The notes under the pieces are model-generated. The model was not told the DNA's origin and searched no databases. It saw nothing but the letters and a program-made list of their open reading frames with translations. A stretch of DNA of 64,000 nt. Origin: Saprolegnia diclina VS20 (lineage: Eukaryota). Location of the stretch: the NCBI RefSeq assembly GCF_000281045.1, contig NW_008246135.1, positions 38,676-102,675 on the forward strand, written 5' to 3'. The number at the start of each line of letters is the position of its first letter. Position 1 is the stretch's first letter. A program made the position numbers and the translations under genes. Shown piece after piece: positions 24,818 through 37,700 of the stretch.

Positions 24818-24990
24818 ACATGTTGACTCGAGAAGCAAATAATTGCTCGTCCCATTCTCGACCTTTGGCTTTCTGACTACGCCGTTTCTAAAGCTGCACA
24901 AAGGAAGGCTAGATAACAAAACATATGTTGGGATACTGTCAATACATCTCGATACTCGAGTGGCTCCAACCGCAGCTCGGGCGGTGGACC

Positions 24991-25507
24991 TTAGACATTT
25001 TCGGTCTTGTCCTTCTTGGCTTTGGGGGGACCTTTTCGCGTCGGCGTCTTGCCCTTCTTCTTCTTGGACGTCTTCTCGACGATACCGCCGAGCTGCTTGG
25101 CCTTCTCTCGTTGTGCTGCGAGGATCTCGGCTTGCGTTTGAGCGACTTTAATCTCTTTCTTAGTCGCAATGTCGGGCTTCTTCTTGGGCTTGGCTTGGAC
25201 GACGACGATCGGCTTGCGCCGGGCCCACTCGCGCAAGCACCTACAGTCGCCATGCGTCATCGGCGACGTCTTCGTGATGCCTCGTACCGAATCAAGCCCC
25301 ATAAACTAGAGAGAATTGAGATAGTACGATGAAAGCAGACGGCGCGTACCACGGACACGTGGCAATCATGATGTACACGAGGCTCATCACAACCATGTTG
25401 ATGGTCTTGCCCGAGAGCACTTTGGTCATGCCGTAGAGGAAGACGCAGTAGAGGACGCAGATGATGCGAACCACGATCTCGACCGCGACGATCTTGTCGA
25501 GCTTCAT
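24991..25507 (-). CDS. Small two-TM protein with Lys-rich tail (2 introns; start uncertain)
   Basis: Two short GT-AG introns give MKLDKIVAVEIVVRIICVLYCVFLYG..IATCPCLWGLIRCLREWARRKP..KKDKTENV in one frame. Confidence 0.55.
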
Positions 25508-25630
25508 GAGGAGTTTCAAAGTGAGAGTTACAAGTCCAATGCTCTGCTTTCGCCGTACAGCCCTGTGAGCGTGCCACGTCATGTGCAAACGTCCAATGCA
25601 GGGGAAAGGGTGCGAGATAGAGTAGTGGAA

Positions 25631-27908
25631 TTAGTTACAGTGGTAGTCGGAGAGCGCAGAGAGGAGTGCGCTTTTGGGGGGCTTGGCCTTGGTCCCTTGA
25701 GTCGTCTTGGCCTTTTTGGCGGTTGCGCCCAACACGACCGGCGCCGCCCGCTTCCGACTCGCGTTGAGCTGCGCCTCGTTCTCCTTCTCGCGCGGCTCAT
25801 CATGCGCGTCCGTCGACGTCTCAGGCGTCGCAAACGAGCTATTGGAAAACACAAACGCCTTGGACGTCGACGACTAAACGTGAAATTTCAGTTGCCGGCT
25901 CGATTCGCCAAATATTACCGTAGGAAACATTTTGCACGTGTCGGCAATTCGGGAAAATGACGACGCTGTCGACGTGAGCGAGTACGATGTGCGCTTCTTG
26001 AGCGTCGGTGCGGCGGGTGGGGGCGGTCCTCGCAAGCTCTTGACCAGCTATTATCCAAGATGTGAATGACGCGCTGGCGTCATGCCAACAAATACCTCAA
26101 ACGAGTCGTCCATGTCGTCATCGAGAAGCGTCGGTAGCACTGGCGCTTTGGTCTTGTGCCGGTCGTCCGACGCTTGCGCTTTCTGCAGCTGGGCCATGCG
26201 CTACACGAGTCCAGGATGACCATCAAGAGACCTTGAAAGAGGATAATTGCCGTACGTGCATGCGGCGGTTGATCTTGGCTTTGGCCGAGAAGAGCTTCAT
26301 TTGACGGGCTTCGCGCTCGTCGTCGTCGGAAATGACGTCCGCGACCGTCTCTTGGGCTTTTGGCGCGTCATTCTCGTCTTCGCTCTCGGACTCGGACGAC
26401 GTAATGTAGATCTGCGGTTGGTGCAAGAAGCGGTCGCGGAGCTCACGTTCCATGCGCTCTTCTTCGTCTTCCGCTTCGTTGTCATTGGCATTGGCGGTCT
26501 CTTCGTCCGACTCGAGGAGCCCGAGACGCGCGGCCTCTTGCTTGCTCCCATCGGCCGCCACGAGGTCGTTGAGGTGGAACCGACCTCGCGCTTCGCCATT
26601 GTTGAGGCCCGTCGAGAAGATGCGGCGGTTGCGCCCAAAGCCCTCGCGCACGTTCCGCATGACCTCGGAGATCTGGTCGCGGTCCCGGGCCGCCATGTCG
26701 TCGCGAAACGCTTCGTCTGCGTCCTTGTCCTTCTCGTCGTCCGAGAGCTCGTCGACGATGTGCTCGAGGTCGTCGTCCTGCAACGTTAGCGCTTTGGCTT
26801 CCTCTTCGCGCTCCTTGTCGGCCTCGGTGGATGCCAATGGCACGCCAAAGCCAAAGTCCCCGAGACCACCGATCTTGAGCACGTCGTCTTCTTCCTCTTC
26901 CTCGGCTTCCGACTCAACAAGCCCCGACGTCTTTTGTCCGAGTCGCTTGCGCTGCTTGGTGTTAGCGTCCTCGGCGGCCAGCATCGCGCGAAACTGCGCC
27001 GCCTTGTCCTTGGCGCGCTGGGCAGCCGCAGCGGCTGCGGCTTCGTCGTCGTTATCGTCACTTTCGTCGTCGGCGTCGGCGCCGTCCTCGTCGTCGCTCA
27101 AGGCCGTAATACGACGCTTCGTCCGACCCAACGGCTTGGCCTGGACAACGTCCGTCTCGTCATCGTCATCGGCGTCATTGCCCTTGGCGGTGGTATCGAG
27201 CAAAGGCGTGACGTCGTCGTGGACCCCAAGAGGCGCTGCCGGTGAGGCGCTTTCGAGACGAGGGCTCTTGTCCGCGGAGGCTGGCTGAGTGGCGCTGTCC
27301 TCGTCCAGCGCCGGCTCCAAGCCATGGTCCGTCCCATCGCCTTCTTCGTCGTGCTCTTTGTCGTTGGACACCTCGTCGTTCTCGGGCGCGCCATCAACGT
27401 AGTCGCTGTCCTCGTCGTCGTCGTCGGGATCGCGCGTCGAGGCTTGTGTCGCAGCGTCGTCTTGCTGCTTCTTGAGTGCATTGAACTGAATGCGCGCTTC
27501 CTCTTCTTTCTTGAGGTGCTGCTGCTGCTCGTGGTGGTTCTTGTAGCCAAAGAGTTTGGCCATGCTGTCGGCGCCTTGCGCGAGCGCTGTCTTCTTGATC
27601 TGACCCAGCATGCGCTTCTTGCCGTGGAGGAGCGGGTGCGCCATGGCACGCGCGACCGGGATGTGCATCGCATGCTTCTCTTTCGAAGGCGACAACATGG
27701 CGGGACGCGCGGCCGGCGCCGGCCGCGTCTTGGCACGGAGCTTCTGCAGCAACTCGTCCTTCTTGGAGCGGACCTCGTCCTGCTGCTTGGCGTCGGTCTG
27801 GCGGAGGCTCAAGAGCAGGTCCTGTGTCTCGGCCGCGATCGCCATGGCCTCGACCTCGGGCGACGGGGAGCCCGCGGTCGCCGTCGTCGTCGTCGTCGGG
27901 GTCGCCAT
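25631..27908 (-). CDS. Mrc1/Claspin-like replication checkpoint mediator (multi-exon)
   Basis: Acidic disordered protein with the MRC1-domain-like motif GLVESEAEEEEEDD..GGLGDFG..IVDELSDDE; C-terminal exons end SALLSALSDYHCN*. Confidence 0.65.
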
Positions 27909-29109
27909 TGTCCAAAACCTCCTTTGGGTGCATCTCCACTCCAAAATGGACGCGAGTGTTTTAAACACTCGACCAAAACATCACCACCAAATCGCGATCT
28001 TTTGACATCCGAGCAATAAGTTCTCGTAGTTCGAGTGTACTAGTACAAAGCTGCAAAGTCCTGTTGAGATACCAAGCTTGTTGCAACTTGACACTGGAGG
28101 TTGCCAAGCTTGAAGCAACGTCGACAAGACGTCGGACGTTCGCAGAATTATGCTGCGGAAGCATGCTAGCGGTGGAGTTATGCCCGCAGCTGCAGTGTTG
28201 CGCGCGTCGAACGCCTAGCTCCAGATACGTAGTTGATCTAGCACAGCATGTTAGCGTTCGCATTCAGTGCAGCTGTAGTCCAAGAAGAACGTTGCAGGGA
28301 GGGCTTACAAAGTCTGTCATCTGAAATGATATAATACGTTGAAAGTGGCTTGTTGATAGTTGAGCGGTGGGAATGCTGTCCTGCGCCAGGACCTGCTATG
28401 TGATGTTCTGCTATGTGAAGCTCTGCAGTGCGCCACCGCCTCGTACCCAATGTGGGGCTCTGGGGTTCAAGCATCGTGTTTAATACACTGTATCTTTTAT
28501 ATTGCATCTTTGAATCCAACACAGTGGCATCAATGGCGGCCGCCGGGAGATTACCCGCCAACGCACTGGCCAATCACAGTCATCGACCGCCCAATTTATC
28601 CGGTCCCCTCCGGATAACCGGTCACATCACATATCCTCTTTATATCGATGCAGTGCAAAATCAAAACCTCTAGTAACGCATACGCCCGCCCTCTCAGGCG
28701 CAAGATCGCAACCGCGACAACCTTCTGCGCAGCAGCCACTTGCCCATGTGAAACGACTTGAGTTTGACGTTGTGGGATTGGACTCGGCGGGACCGTCATT
28801 TTTTCTGGTGACGGGGCGCCATTCGAATCGAAGGCGACCCTCCACACCGACGTCTCGTTCAAGTACCGGTAGGGATGTCGGTCGTTGCTGACACTGTCAT
28901 GCACTGTAGTTAAGCTCCAGAGCCATGGGTTGCAGTCGTAGTCGAGAGGCTTATTTGCTGCAATATTGCTCAAGAGAGAGCGGGAGACCAGAGCCAGAGA
29001 GACGTTGACGTGGATATGGGAAACGACCGGCCTAGCAGCGCGAAGAGTCGGCGGTATAAATAGACGCGGGCGATCTTCGCCCACGGTGGTCATTTTGATT
29101 TTGGCTGCG

Positions 29110-30582
29110 ATGCGAACAGCGTACCTCGTCGCCATCTTGGCGTCGCAGATGATCAGCGCCGAGCTCCCTCGCCAGTGCGGCGGCGTCGGCTTCCACGGAC
29201 CGACCGCGTGCCCGCTTCAATATGCGTGTACGTACGTCAGCGCTTCGTTGAGCCAGTGCACACCCGTGGTCCATCGATACCTGCGCCAGCGCCAAGAGAC
29301 CACGGACGCACCCACCGATGAGCTGACGGATGCTCCCACCGACGCACCTACCGAGGCACCCACCGAGGCACCCACAGATGCTCCCGCCGCTGAGGCCACC
29401 GAGCTTCCCACGGACAAGCCGACGGAGTCTCCCATCGACAAGCCGACGGAGTTTCCCATCGACAAGCCGACTGATGCCCCCACAAATGAGCCGACCGACG
29501 CTCCCACCGATGAGCCGACTGACGCTCCCACCGTTGAGCCGACGGAGGCCCCCGCCGCTGAGGCCACCGAGCTTCCCACGGACGAGCCGACGGAGGCTGC
29601 CACCGATAAGCCAACCGATGAACCAACGGAGGCCCCTGCCGTTGAGTCCACCGAGCTTCCCACTGACGCACCCACCGAAGCCCCCACAGATGCTCCAACG
29701 GATGAAGCGACTGATGCACCCGCCGTTGAGTCTACTGAGCTTCCCACTGACGAGCCGACGGAGGCTCCCACCGATGCGCCGACTGATGCTAACACCGATG
29801 AGTCTACTGAGCTTCCCACCGACGCACCCACCGAAGCCCCCACAGACGCACCTACAGATGAAACTGATGCTCCCGCCGACGAGTCCACCGAGCTTCCCAC
29901 AGACGAGCCGACAGAGGCTGCCATCGATGAGCCGACTGATGCACCCGCCGTTGAGTCTACTGAGCTTCCCACTGACGAGCCGACGGAGGCTGCCATCGAT
30001 GAGCCGACGCAGGCCCCCACCGATGAGTCGACTGAGATTCCCACGGACAAGCCGACCGACGCACCCATCGATGAACCAACAGATGCTCCGACCGACAAGC
30101 CGACAGAGGCTCCGACCGACGAGTCGGGCGAGGTCCTTATTGACGAGCCGACGGCCGCCTCCACGGCTGAGCCCACGAGCGCTTCGACAGCGGCGCCGAC
30201 GGACGCACCGACCGAGGCTCCTACCGACGCTCCCACGGACGCCCCAAAGGGTGCCACTCCCAAAGCAACCGAAGAGACCGCTTCGCTCACGACCAACGTC
30301 GGTGGTCTTGTGCTGACGACTGCGCCGTCGCCCAGTGACGTTGCAATCCGGTATGGCCAATGCGGCGGCTTGAACTTTAGCGGCCCTGTGCTCTGCCCCG
30401 AAGGCTTTGCATGTGAGTACAGCAACGAGTACTACTCGCAGTGCGTCCCGATCCCAGACCTCCCCGGCGTCCGCACGTGGGGCCAATGCGGCGGCAACAA
30501 CTACGACGGACCCTCCGACTGCGAAGTCGGGAGCTACTGCTTCGAGTGGTCCGACTGGTACGCGCAGTGCCTCCCGATCTAA
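29110..30582 (+). CDS. Secreted CBM1 - acidic Thr/Pro mucin stalk - CBM1 - CBM1 protein, no catalytic domain
   Basis: Signal peptide; three QCGG..G...C..C....SQC/AQC modules; long TDAP/TEAP/TELP repeat region. Confidence 0.9.
   Translation: MRTAYLVAILASQMISAELPRQCGGVGFHGPTACPLQYACTYVSASLSQCTPVVHRYLRQRQETTDAPTDELTDAPTDAPTEAPTEAPTDAPAAEATELPTDKPTESPIDKPTEFPIDKPTDAPTNEPTDAPTDEPTDAPTVEPTEAPAAEATELPTDEPTEAATDKPTDEPTEAPAVESTELPTDAPTEAPTDAPTDEATDAPAVESTELPTDEPTEAPTDAPTDANTDESTELPTDAPTEAPTDAPTDETDAPADESTELPTDEPTEAAIDEPTDAPAVESTELPTDEPTEAAIDEPTQAPTDESTEIPTDKPTDAPIDEPTDAPTDKPTEAPTDESGEVLIDEPTAASTAEPTSASTAAPTDAPTEAPTDAPTDAPKGATPKATEETASLTTNVGGLVLTTAPSPSDVAIRYGQCGGLNFSGPVLCPEGFACEYSNEYYSQCVPIPDLPGVRTWGQCGGNNYDGPSDCEVGSYCFEWSDWYAQCLPI
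29300..30245 (+). repeat. Coding tandem repeat, 12-nt base unit (T-D/E-x-P) with higher-order ESTELPTDxPTEA blocks
   Basis: Directly visible in the sequence; produces long shadow ORFs in other frames. Confidence 0.9.
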
Positions 30583-30790
30583 CCGCTTTCTCTTTTGTGT
30601 CGTAACACGTTTTAACACGTCTCGTCTGCCCATCGCCTACCTTTGCTGACAGCGTCCTATCTCCTACGACAGCGTTATAACTCCTCCTACGGACAGCGTC
30701 TTAGCTAGAGGTAGTGGAAAGTCCGTAGTAGAAGCTATGAAAACGCCCCAGTACAAATCCAACGCCGTATATGATTGTCTAACTCCATGT

Positions 30791-32817
30791 CTACGCGTCC
30801 GAGTTCAACAGCAGGTGCAGCGCCATTGGGTCGTTGATACGCAGGGCCTCCATGCGCATGAGAATATAGGGATCCAGCGACGCGTCGCGGGCCTTGTCGA
30901 TGCGCTGGCCCAAGTGCAGTCGGCTCTCAGCTTCGTACGCGTGCAGGTTCGGAATCGGCGCGGCAAACGCCGACGGAGCGTGGAACTGAGAGCTTATTGG
31001 CACGGGGCGCGGCGGTGGCTCGGTCTTGGTCGGTACGAGCAGCTGGAGGCAGTCGGACGCACAGGACAAGAGCCGGAGGTACACGTCCGTGGCTTCGTCC
31101 GCCCGCGGCCAGTCGACGCGCCACCGAGGGTACTCGGCCACTTGCTGCGCGAGGCCTTCGTTGCGGCTGCGCGCGCGGGCCGCGGCGGCGTCGACCATAT
31201 GAAACATGCCTGTCAGCGCCTTGCTGTCAACGATGATGTCTTGGAGGTACGGGGCGTTGGCGTGGAGGTTGCGCTTCGTCAAGTCGGGCTTGACAAAGTT
31301 GCGCGCGTTGACCTTGTCACGGAGCGTTCGGAGCTTTTTCTGGTGGTTGCCGAGCTTCCGGTCGTCGTCGGCCGTCCAGAGCTTGCCGAACGACGGCGGT
31401 CGGAAGCGCCGGCCGCGGTGCAGAATCGAGAGGTCTTCGTACGTCTCTTGCAAGAGCGAGGGGTAGTAGAACTGGAGTGGCCGCTTCTTCTTCCGGCCCT
31501 TGCGCTTCTTCTTGATGCACTGCCGCTTGACGTGGTTGTGGCTATAGCAAAACGGGCAAAACCAGTCGCCGGACGGGACGTCGGTCAACGGCGGCGAGAG
31601 GCAGTACAGGTGGTACTCGTCGTCGCAGCAGTCGCACAAGATGATCTGCGAGAGGTTTGAGTCGCTCGAGCAGAGCCGACACGCCTTCGTTTGCTGGCCG
31701 ATGGGAGTCTGCAGGCAGCGCGGACACCACCACGGGTCGACGTCCTCGACGGGGTGGTCCATCGGGAGGCAGTCGTTGTGGTACACCGCTGGACATCGCT
31801 CGCAGCAAGCGAGCGTCCCGCTCTTGCCGCAGACTTCGCACTGCGTTCTATTGGCCATGCCCGGGGCGCGAAGGTCCCACGGCGCCACGGGGAGGTCCTG
31901 GAGCGTCAGGCTCTCGGGGATCGCGGCTTCGGGGTGGGGCTTGCGCACGGGCGACGACGGCGCGGAAGGGGTCGACTCGGCGCCGCTGCTCACACCGCTG
32001 TCGCTGCTATCGCTCTCGCCAGCGTCTAATGCAAGAAGGTCATCGGCAGCTGGCTCGGCATAGAAGACATGAGGTACCAGAGGCAAACTCGAGGCGCCGT
32101 TTCCGCAACGAGGACGCCACGGACTGCGAGTTGTCCAGCGCCACGTACGCGCCGTCGCCAATGCGGTGGAGACGGACGATGAGCGGGTCGCGTGCCGGCG
32201 CAGTAATCGGCAGCGTCGGTGGGACCGCCGTGTAGCCGTCGTCGACCTTGCGAAGCCGGACGCGGAGGCAGCGGGGTAAAAAGTTGCCGTTCGCAGGTGC
32301 CACATGGCGGCGGGCCAGCTGTTCCGGCGATGCGCCGACGCCGACCTCGGCTCGACGCGGCGCCGTGTATTCTTCGTCGTCGACGTAGGTGTCGTCCTTG
32401 CCGTCGTCATCGTCGTCGTCGTCGCCATCCGCATCGTCGTCGTCGTCGCCGTCGTCGGGGTCGTAGGTGGCCGGCGGGCGGCGGCGTGGCGTGCCTCCAT
32501 CGGACCCGCGGCTCTTGGGCGTCGACGCTGCGTCATTCGTCTCGACAGGCTTGGGGGGCGCAACGCGGCGGCGCTTGCAGCGGCACATGTCGCTAATGAG
32601 CCGTTCGACCGGCGGCGGGGCGGCCGCCGACGTCGTATTTTGGGCAATTTGGGCAGCGGGGATGGCCGCGGTATCGAGCGCCACGACTAGGTAATAGGAC
32701 CCATGAGCATGCTGGGCTACACGTCCGCAGAGGCGAAGCGGTCGTACCTCGGCTCTTCCCGCACGTCTCGCATGGCTCGTACTGCATCTGGACGTGGCCT
32801 CGGCCGAGCTTGAGCAT
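30791..32817 (-). CDS. Double PHD-finger chromatin protein (multi-exon)
   Basis: PHD1 CEVCGKSGTLACCERCPAVYHNDCL..WWCPRC; PHD2 CRLC..IILCDCCDDEYHLYCLSPPLTDVPSGDWFCPFC; KKKRKGRKKKR NLS-like stretch. Confidence 0.85.
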
Positions 32818-34700
32818 GGTCGCGTCGGTCGTATGGGTAGGTCAAAGTCGTTGCTCGCGGGTAATCCTACGCGGTCGTGGTCGTCGCAGGCGCGGTCTGG
32901 GTAGCGAGCTTATGGCCCGCGGACTCGGCGCTCGTGGACGGGATCTGCCGGCGGAAGGCCTAGTGTTACAGTGTACACCCATACAGTGTACAAAGTGACA
33001 CCGTGCGAAGGAGTGGGACGGCCCTATATTATTTTACAGTCGTCGCAACTACTTGCGTATTTTAATAAAGAAATGCAATCTTTGTACCTATATTTGTATC
33101 GCCTGCGGCAGATGTTGGATTGTATTACGTCGCATCATCCTGTTTTTATCACACGGTCGGGGGTCCCAACACCTACCCGCAAGGGACCCGGGCGGTTGCA
33201 TTCAATACAATGCCACATGGAACGTGAAATACAATAGATTATTCACCAGTAGCAGCATACAACAAGTAGGTGTTGAAGGCATTTTGAGGCTTTAAAAATG
33301 CGCTCATTTAATAAACATCGCGCACGTCCCATGCGCTCGCTTCTTTGCTAACCCAGCGACTAGATATCGCCGCGTTCGACTAACTAGACGACGCTATCGC
33401 CTTCAGTAGCATCAGCATCCTTCTGCACTCAATACATTCCCGCTTGTGCAGGACGGCGATGGTTGTCACACCATGACGTGAGGTGGTCGGTTCAATGACT
33501 TCAAGAAAGTAGGTTGAGTCTTCCAGTACCTTCGTGGCACCAATGCAGCCGCCAGCATAATACTGCAAGCGATGACTATGGATGCTAGTAGAGCTGCTGC
33601 TGGTACTCGACTAATATATGCGTCTACCCGAGCATGTGGCTACGGAACTGGGTGGATGCATCGCGGCCACTCGTTTCAGATCGAACGGCTCTCGTGCTAA
33701 CGACGTTGCCTTGGACCAGAATGGAGCTAACTGCATGATTGGCAAGCGCAGTCTCGCTGGTATCGTGATCGTATATTCACACAGGAAGGTATTTCCAGTA
33801 CTACATTGCAGCACCGACCACGCTTCGACGGCGGTCGCGAGGTGACGTTGCGCGAAGCCACTGGCTCCATTCCGGTGGAAGAAGCCATCGCGACCCTTCT
33901 CCAGTGCACCAACGCTGTGGGGTCCCCGCTTCGAGTCTCGATCCCGTCGATTCATCTAGCGTCGAGCGAGGCCGAACGACTGCCGTTGCACTAGCTCAGC
34001 GGTATGGTCACTCCAAACTACGAGGTCATTTCTGCAGAGAACAGTGTAAGTGCATATGTGATGCACAGAAGCAGGAGACTGGCGTCTCGCTCGGCGACTG
34101 CTATCAAGTGTAGTTACCAAGTCAATGTAGCTTGGGCTCAAAATGTATCAGAGCGAGGCCAGTCGAGAGAGCTGGAATCGTCGGCCATCCCGACCACTCA
34201 AGCACTGGAATTACGACCACTTTACACGGCAAGCCACGAGCGCCGACTACCGTTGTCATGGGTCTTGACCCATGCGTTGTCGACCATACTCAGTAGAGCG
34301 GATCATCGCATCCGGCGTCGAGGCTGAGGTCCACTCTGCGCCCCATCCGCATATCGACAGCGTTGCGATCTTAGCAGAATGTTGGCCGACGATATCTTTC
34401 CTGGCGACCGTCCATCGTACGTGCGACGATCGCACCAAGCAGTCTCGTCCAGCGACCTCATCTTGGACGTCTACCTCGGTGGAAGTCGCATCTTGGACCT
34501 CGTTTGCTGCGGGCGATGGCCATCACGACGCGGCAGCGACAGGATCCCGCGCTGTGATTGGCCATTTCTCGGCTGGAAATTCATTTTAATAATATCAACG
34601 TATTTGTATGGAACCGCCGGCCTGGAAATAGATTGCGGAATAAAAATACGCTGTGGGATGGGATTTCCACTCTTTCGACGGGACAAAGACCGGGTTCGCC

Positions 34701-37700
34701 ATGAGCAGCGCAACGGGCGGCGCTCCGCGGGGCGGCCAATGCGTCGAGGTCGCGGTCCGCGTCCGGCCGTTCCTACCCAAGGAGCTCCTGCGCAGCCCCG
34801 AGGGCGTCGGCTCCATGAGCATGGACCGGGACCGCCGGGCGATCGAGATCGCAACGCCCAACTCGACGGCCCAGTTCTACTTTGACCATGTCCTTGGGCC
34901 CGACTGCTCGCAGGCGCAGATGTACGAAGAGACGCTGCAGGTACGATGCTTGTGCTGCAGCGGCGACAACTGAGCCATCGTCCTCTGTAGCCCAAGATCG
35001 ACCACTTTCTCAATGGTATGCGAGGAACCATGGCCTGTATTGGCAACATGGGAACATGAACATGCGATATAGGCTTTAACATCACCGTCTTGGGCTACGG
35101 GCAGACGGCCAGCGGCAAGTCCCACACGATCGGGAGCGGTCTGAGCAACCAAGACGAAGACGAGTGGGGCCTGCTCCCGCGCATGCTCCACGACGTCTTT
35201 GCGCGCATTGCGATCGAAGACGAAGCCACCGTGTCGGTCTCGTTTCTCGAGATCTACGGCGAAGACATCCACGATCTGCTTCTGCCGCTCACGACCTCGA
35301 AAAAGGCCGTCAAGCACGCGTTGCACTTGCGCCAAGATCGCTCCGGCGTCTTTGTCCAAGGCGCGCGCGAGGTACTCACTGCGATTACTGTCTTGTAGCG
35401 CTACAACAGGTACCTAGGTGACTGTCACGACGCCCGAAGATGCACTCGAACAGCTCCGTGTCGGCTGCTTGACGCGCATCACGGGCAGCACCGAGATGAA
35501 CGACGTCTCAAGTCGGTCCCACGCTGTGTTCACGTTGACGCTCGTGCAGAAGACCAAGCGAGCGACGCCCGAGGACAAGTCGTTTGTCGACACAATGACA
35601 ACCATCTCCAAATTGACGTTTGTCGACTTGGCCGGCAGCGAACGGTCGCGTTCCATCGTCGTTGCTCCTTCTTCTCACGCTCAAGTAGACTCAAAAAGAC
35701 CTTGGCCGACGGACAACGCATGAAGGAAGGCATCCAGATCAACGGTAAGCATCTCGATGCACGGCCGAGTCTCATGCACCATCAGTCGGCCTCCTCGCGC
35801 TCGGCAACGTCATCAACGCGCTCGGCGACGAGCAAAACCAAAAGCGCACGGACACGGCCGCGTTCGTACCGTACCGCTCGTCCAAGCTCACGCGCCTGCT
35901 CCAAGACGCGCTCGGCGGCAACAGTCGGACGCTCTTTGTGTACGTTTTCCGATATATTTATATCGATGAAGCCCAAGGTGCTGCACAGAGCCTGCGTGTC
36001 GCCCGCCACGTCGAACGCTGCCGAGAGTCTCAACACGCTGCAGTACGCCAACCGGGCCCGCAACATTCAGAACAAGGTGGATTCTGTACCGTGAAATACA
36101 CGGCTCAATAGTCCCTTCTCGGTCCTAGGCGGTCAAAAACCTCGACCCGCGGTCGGCGGAGCTCACGAGCCTGCATGCGTACATTGGCGTGCTCCAGCGG
36201 GAGCTCGTCAAGACGCTGTATGTGGACCCGAACGCACCGGACCGCGCGGCCAAGATTGAGTTGCTCCTGCAAGACGCCAAGATTCAGCACTTTCTCAAGC
36301 AGCTCCAGTTGAACGCGAGCGACGGCGTGTTTGCACCGACCGCGCTGCTGACGCATGCGGCGTCACGGGTGTCGCACGGGCAGGGCGACGAGCCGCACGA
36401 GGATACGACGAGCGACGACGATGACGACGACGACGGTGTCGACCCGACCGTGATTCCCGGTATTTTGAGCATCCTCGAGTGCTGTCTCGAGAAGGAGGCG
36501 GTCTTGTCGGACTACAAGCAAGCGAAAGTGGACATTCAGTGCCAAATGCAAGCGTGGCAGCTCAAGAAGCGGCGCGAGACGGCGCGCTGGAACACGCTGC
36601 GCCAGCAAGCCAAACCGCTCGAAGCGCAAGTCAAATCCAACGCGGTCGAGACGTGGATGCAGCAGCTGAACGCGCTTCAGCAGGAAAAGCTGAGCAACAC
36701 CAACAGCGCCAAGGTCGACGAAGCGCTGCGAGAGATTAGCGCGCAGCTCCAAGCCCACAAGAAGGTCGCAACCGTGCTCGCCTACACCCAAGAACGGTAC
36801 CCACACCGTTTGAGAGCTCGCGAATGACTCTGGTATGTGCCGATAGCGCCCAAGATGCCCAAGATCGCGTGCGCGAAGCCGACGCTGAGCTCCAGAAGCT
36901 CCAGGAGCGGCTGCACAAGCAAGAGCAGCACTGCAAGTACACGGTCAAGCTCAAGGACAATGACATTCAGCGGTACCGTGACTTTCCGCAAGCGTGCGCC
37001 AAGTGGAACCACTTGGGTGCGCTCGACTACTTTGCCGACCTCGAGGTATAGCGTCGTGTTGTGAACCCTCCAAAGCCATGGACGGTGTAGCTGCACTTTG
37101 GCGCCGACGCGGTCAAGAAGATGGTCCGCCAGCTCACGATTAGCGAGCAGTTGGCGCTCAACTGGCTCGAGCGACATCCACCGCATTTGCCCGAAGCGTC
37201 GCCGGCCCTTCAAGCTCACATGGCCCACATCCTCGACACGATCCAAGTACGGTTATTGAAGTGTACCAAACGATGCATCATGCGTGGTTAGACGCGGCTG
37301 ACGTTTGAAGACACGGAAGCGACGCTGATGGAGTCGCTGCGAAAGCGCACGACGCTCTTGACGCAGATGCTCAACCGCGGCGCGTCGAAAGAGGCCCAGG
37401 ACGACATTCGCCTCGCGCTGACGCGCATTGAAAATGGCATTCAGCTCGCGAGCGACACGCTGCAGCACATGGAGTCGGCGACGGACCTCACGCAGCTCGT
37501 GCCGACGGACGAAGCGACCGTCCGGGACCTCGTGGCGCAGCTGATATTGGCGCTCGAGCACAGCGAGCGCATGCAATACCACTTGGCCGACACGCGCAAG
37601 CGACCGACCGAAGCGAGCCCGACGCGACTCGGGGCCTCGCTGACGTCGTCGTCGGTCGCGCTCGTCCGCGAAGAGTACGAGCAACAGCTGCATGCGATCA

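Noticed and set aside
27960..29050. Short ORFs in the Mrc1-CBM1 divergent intergenic region
   Set aside because: Lower GC, no domains; likely promoter or intergenic DNA
29032..30633. Long antisense and alternate-frame ORFs (533, 402, 328 aa) over the mucin gene
   Set aside because: Shadows of the stop-poor TDAP repeat; only the + frame has a signal peptide and CBM1 modules
30647..30703. Three imperfect (ctcctac)gacagcgt direct repeats in a 3' intergenic gap
   Set aside because: Short and degenerate, with no supportable function
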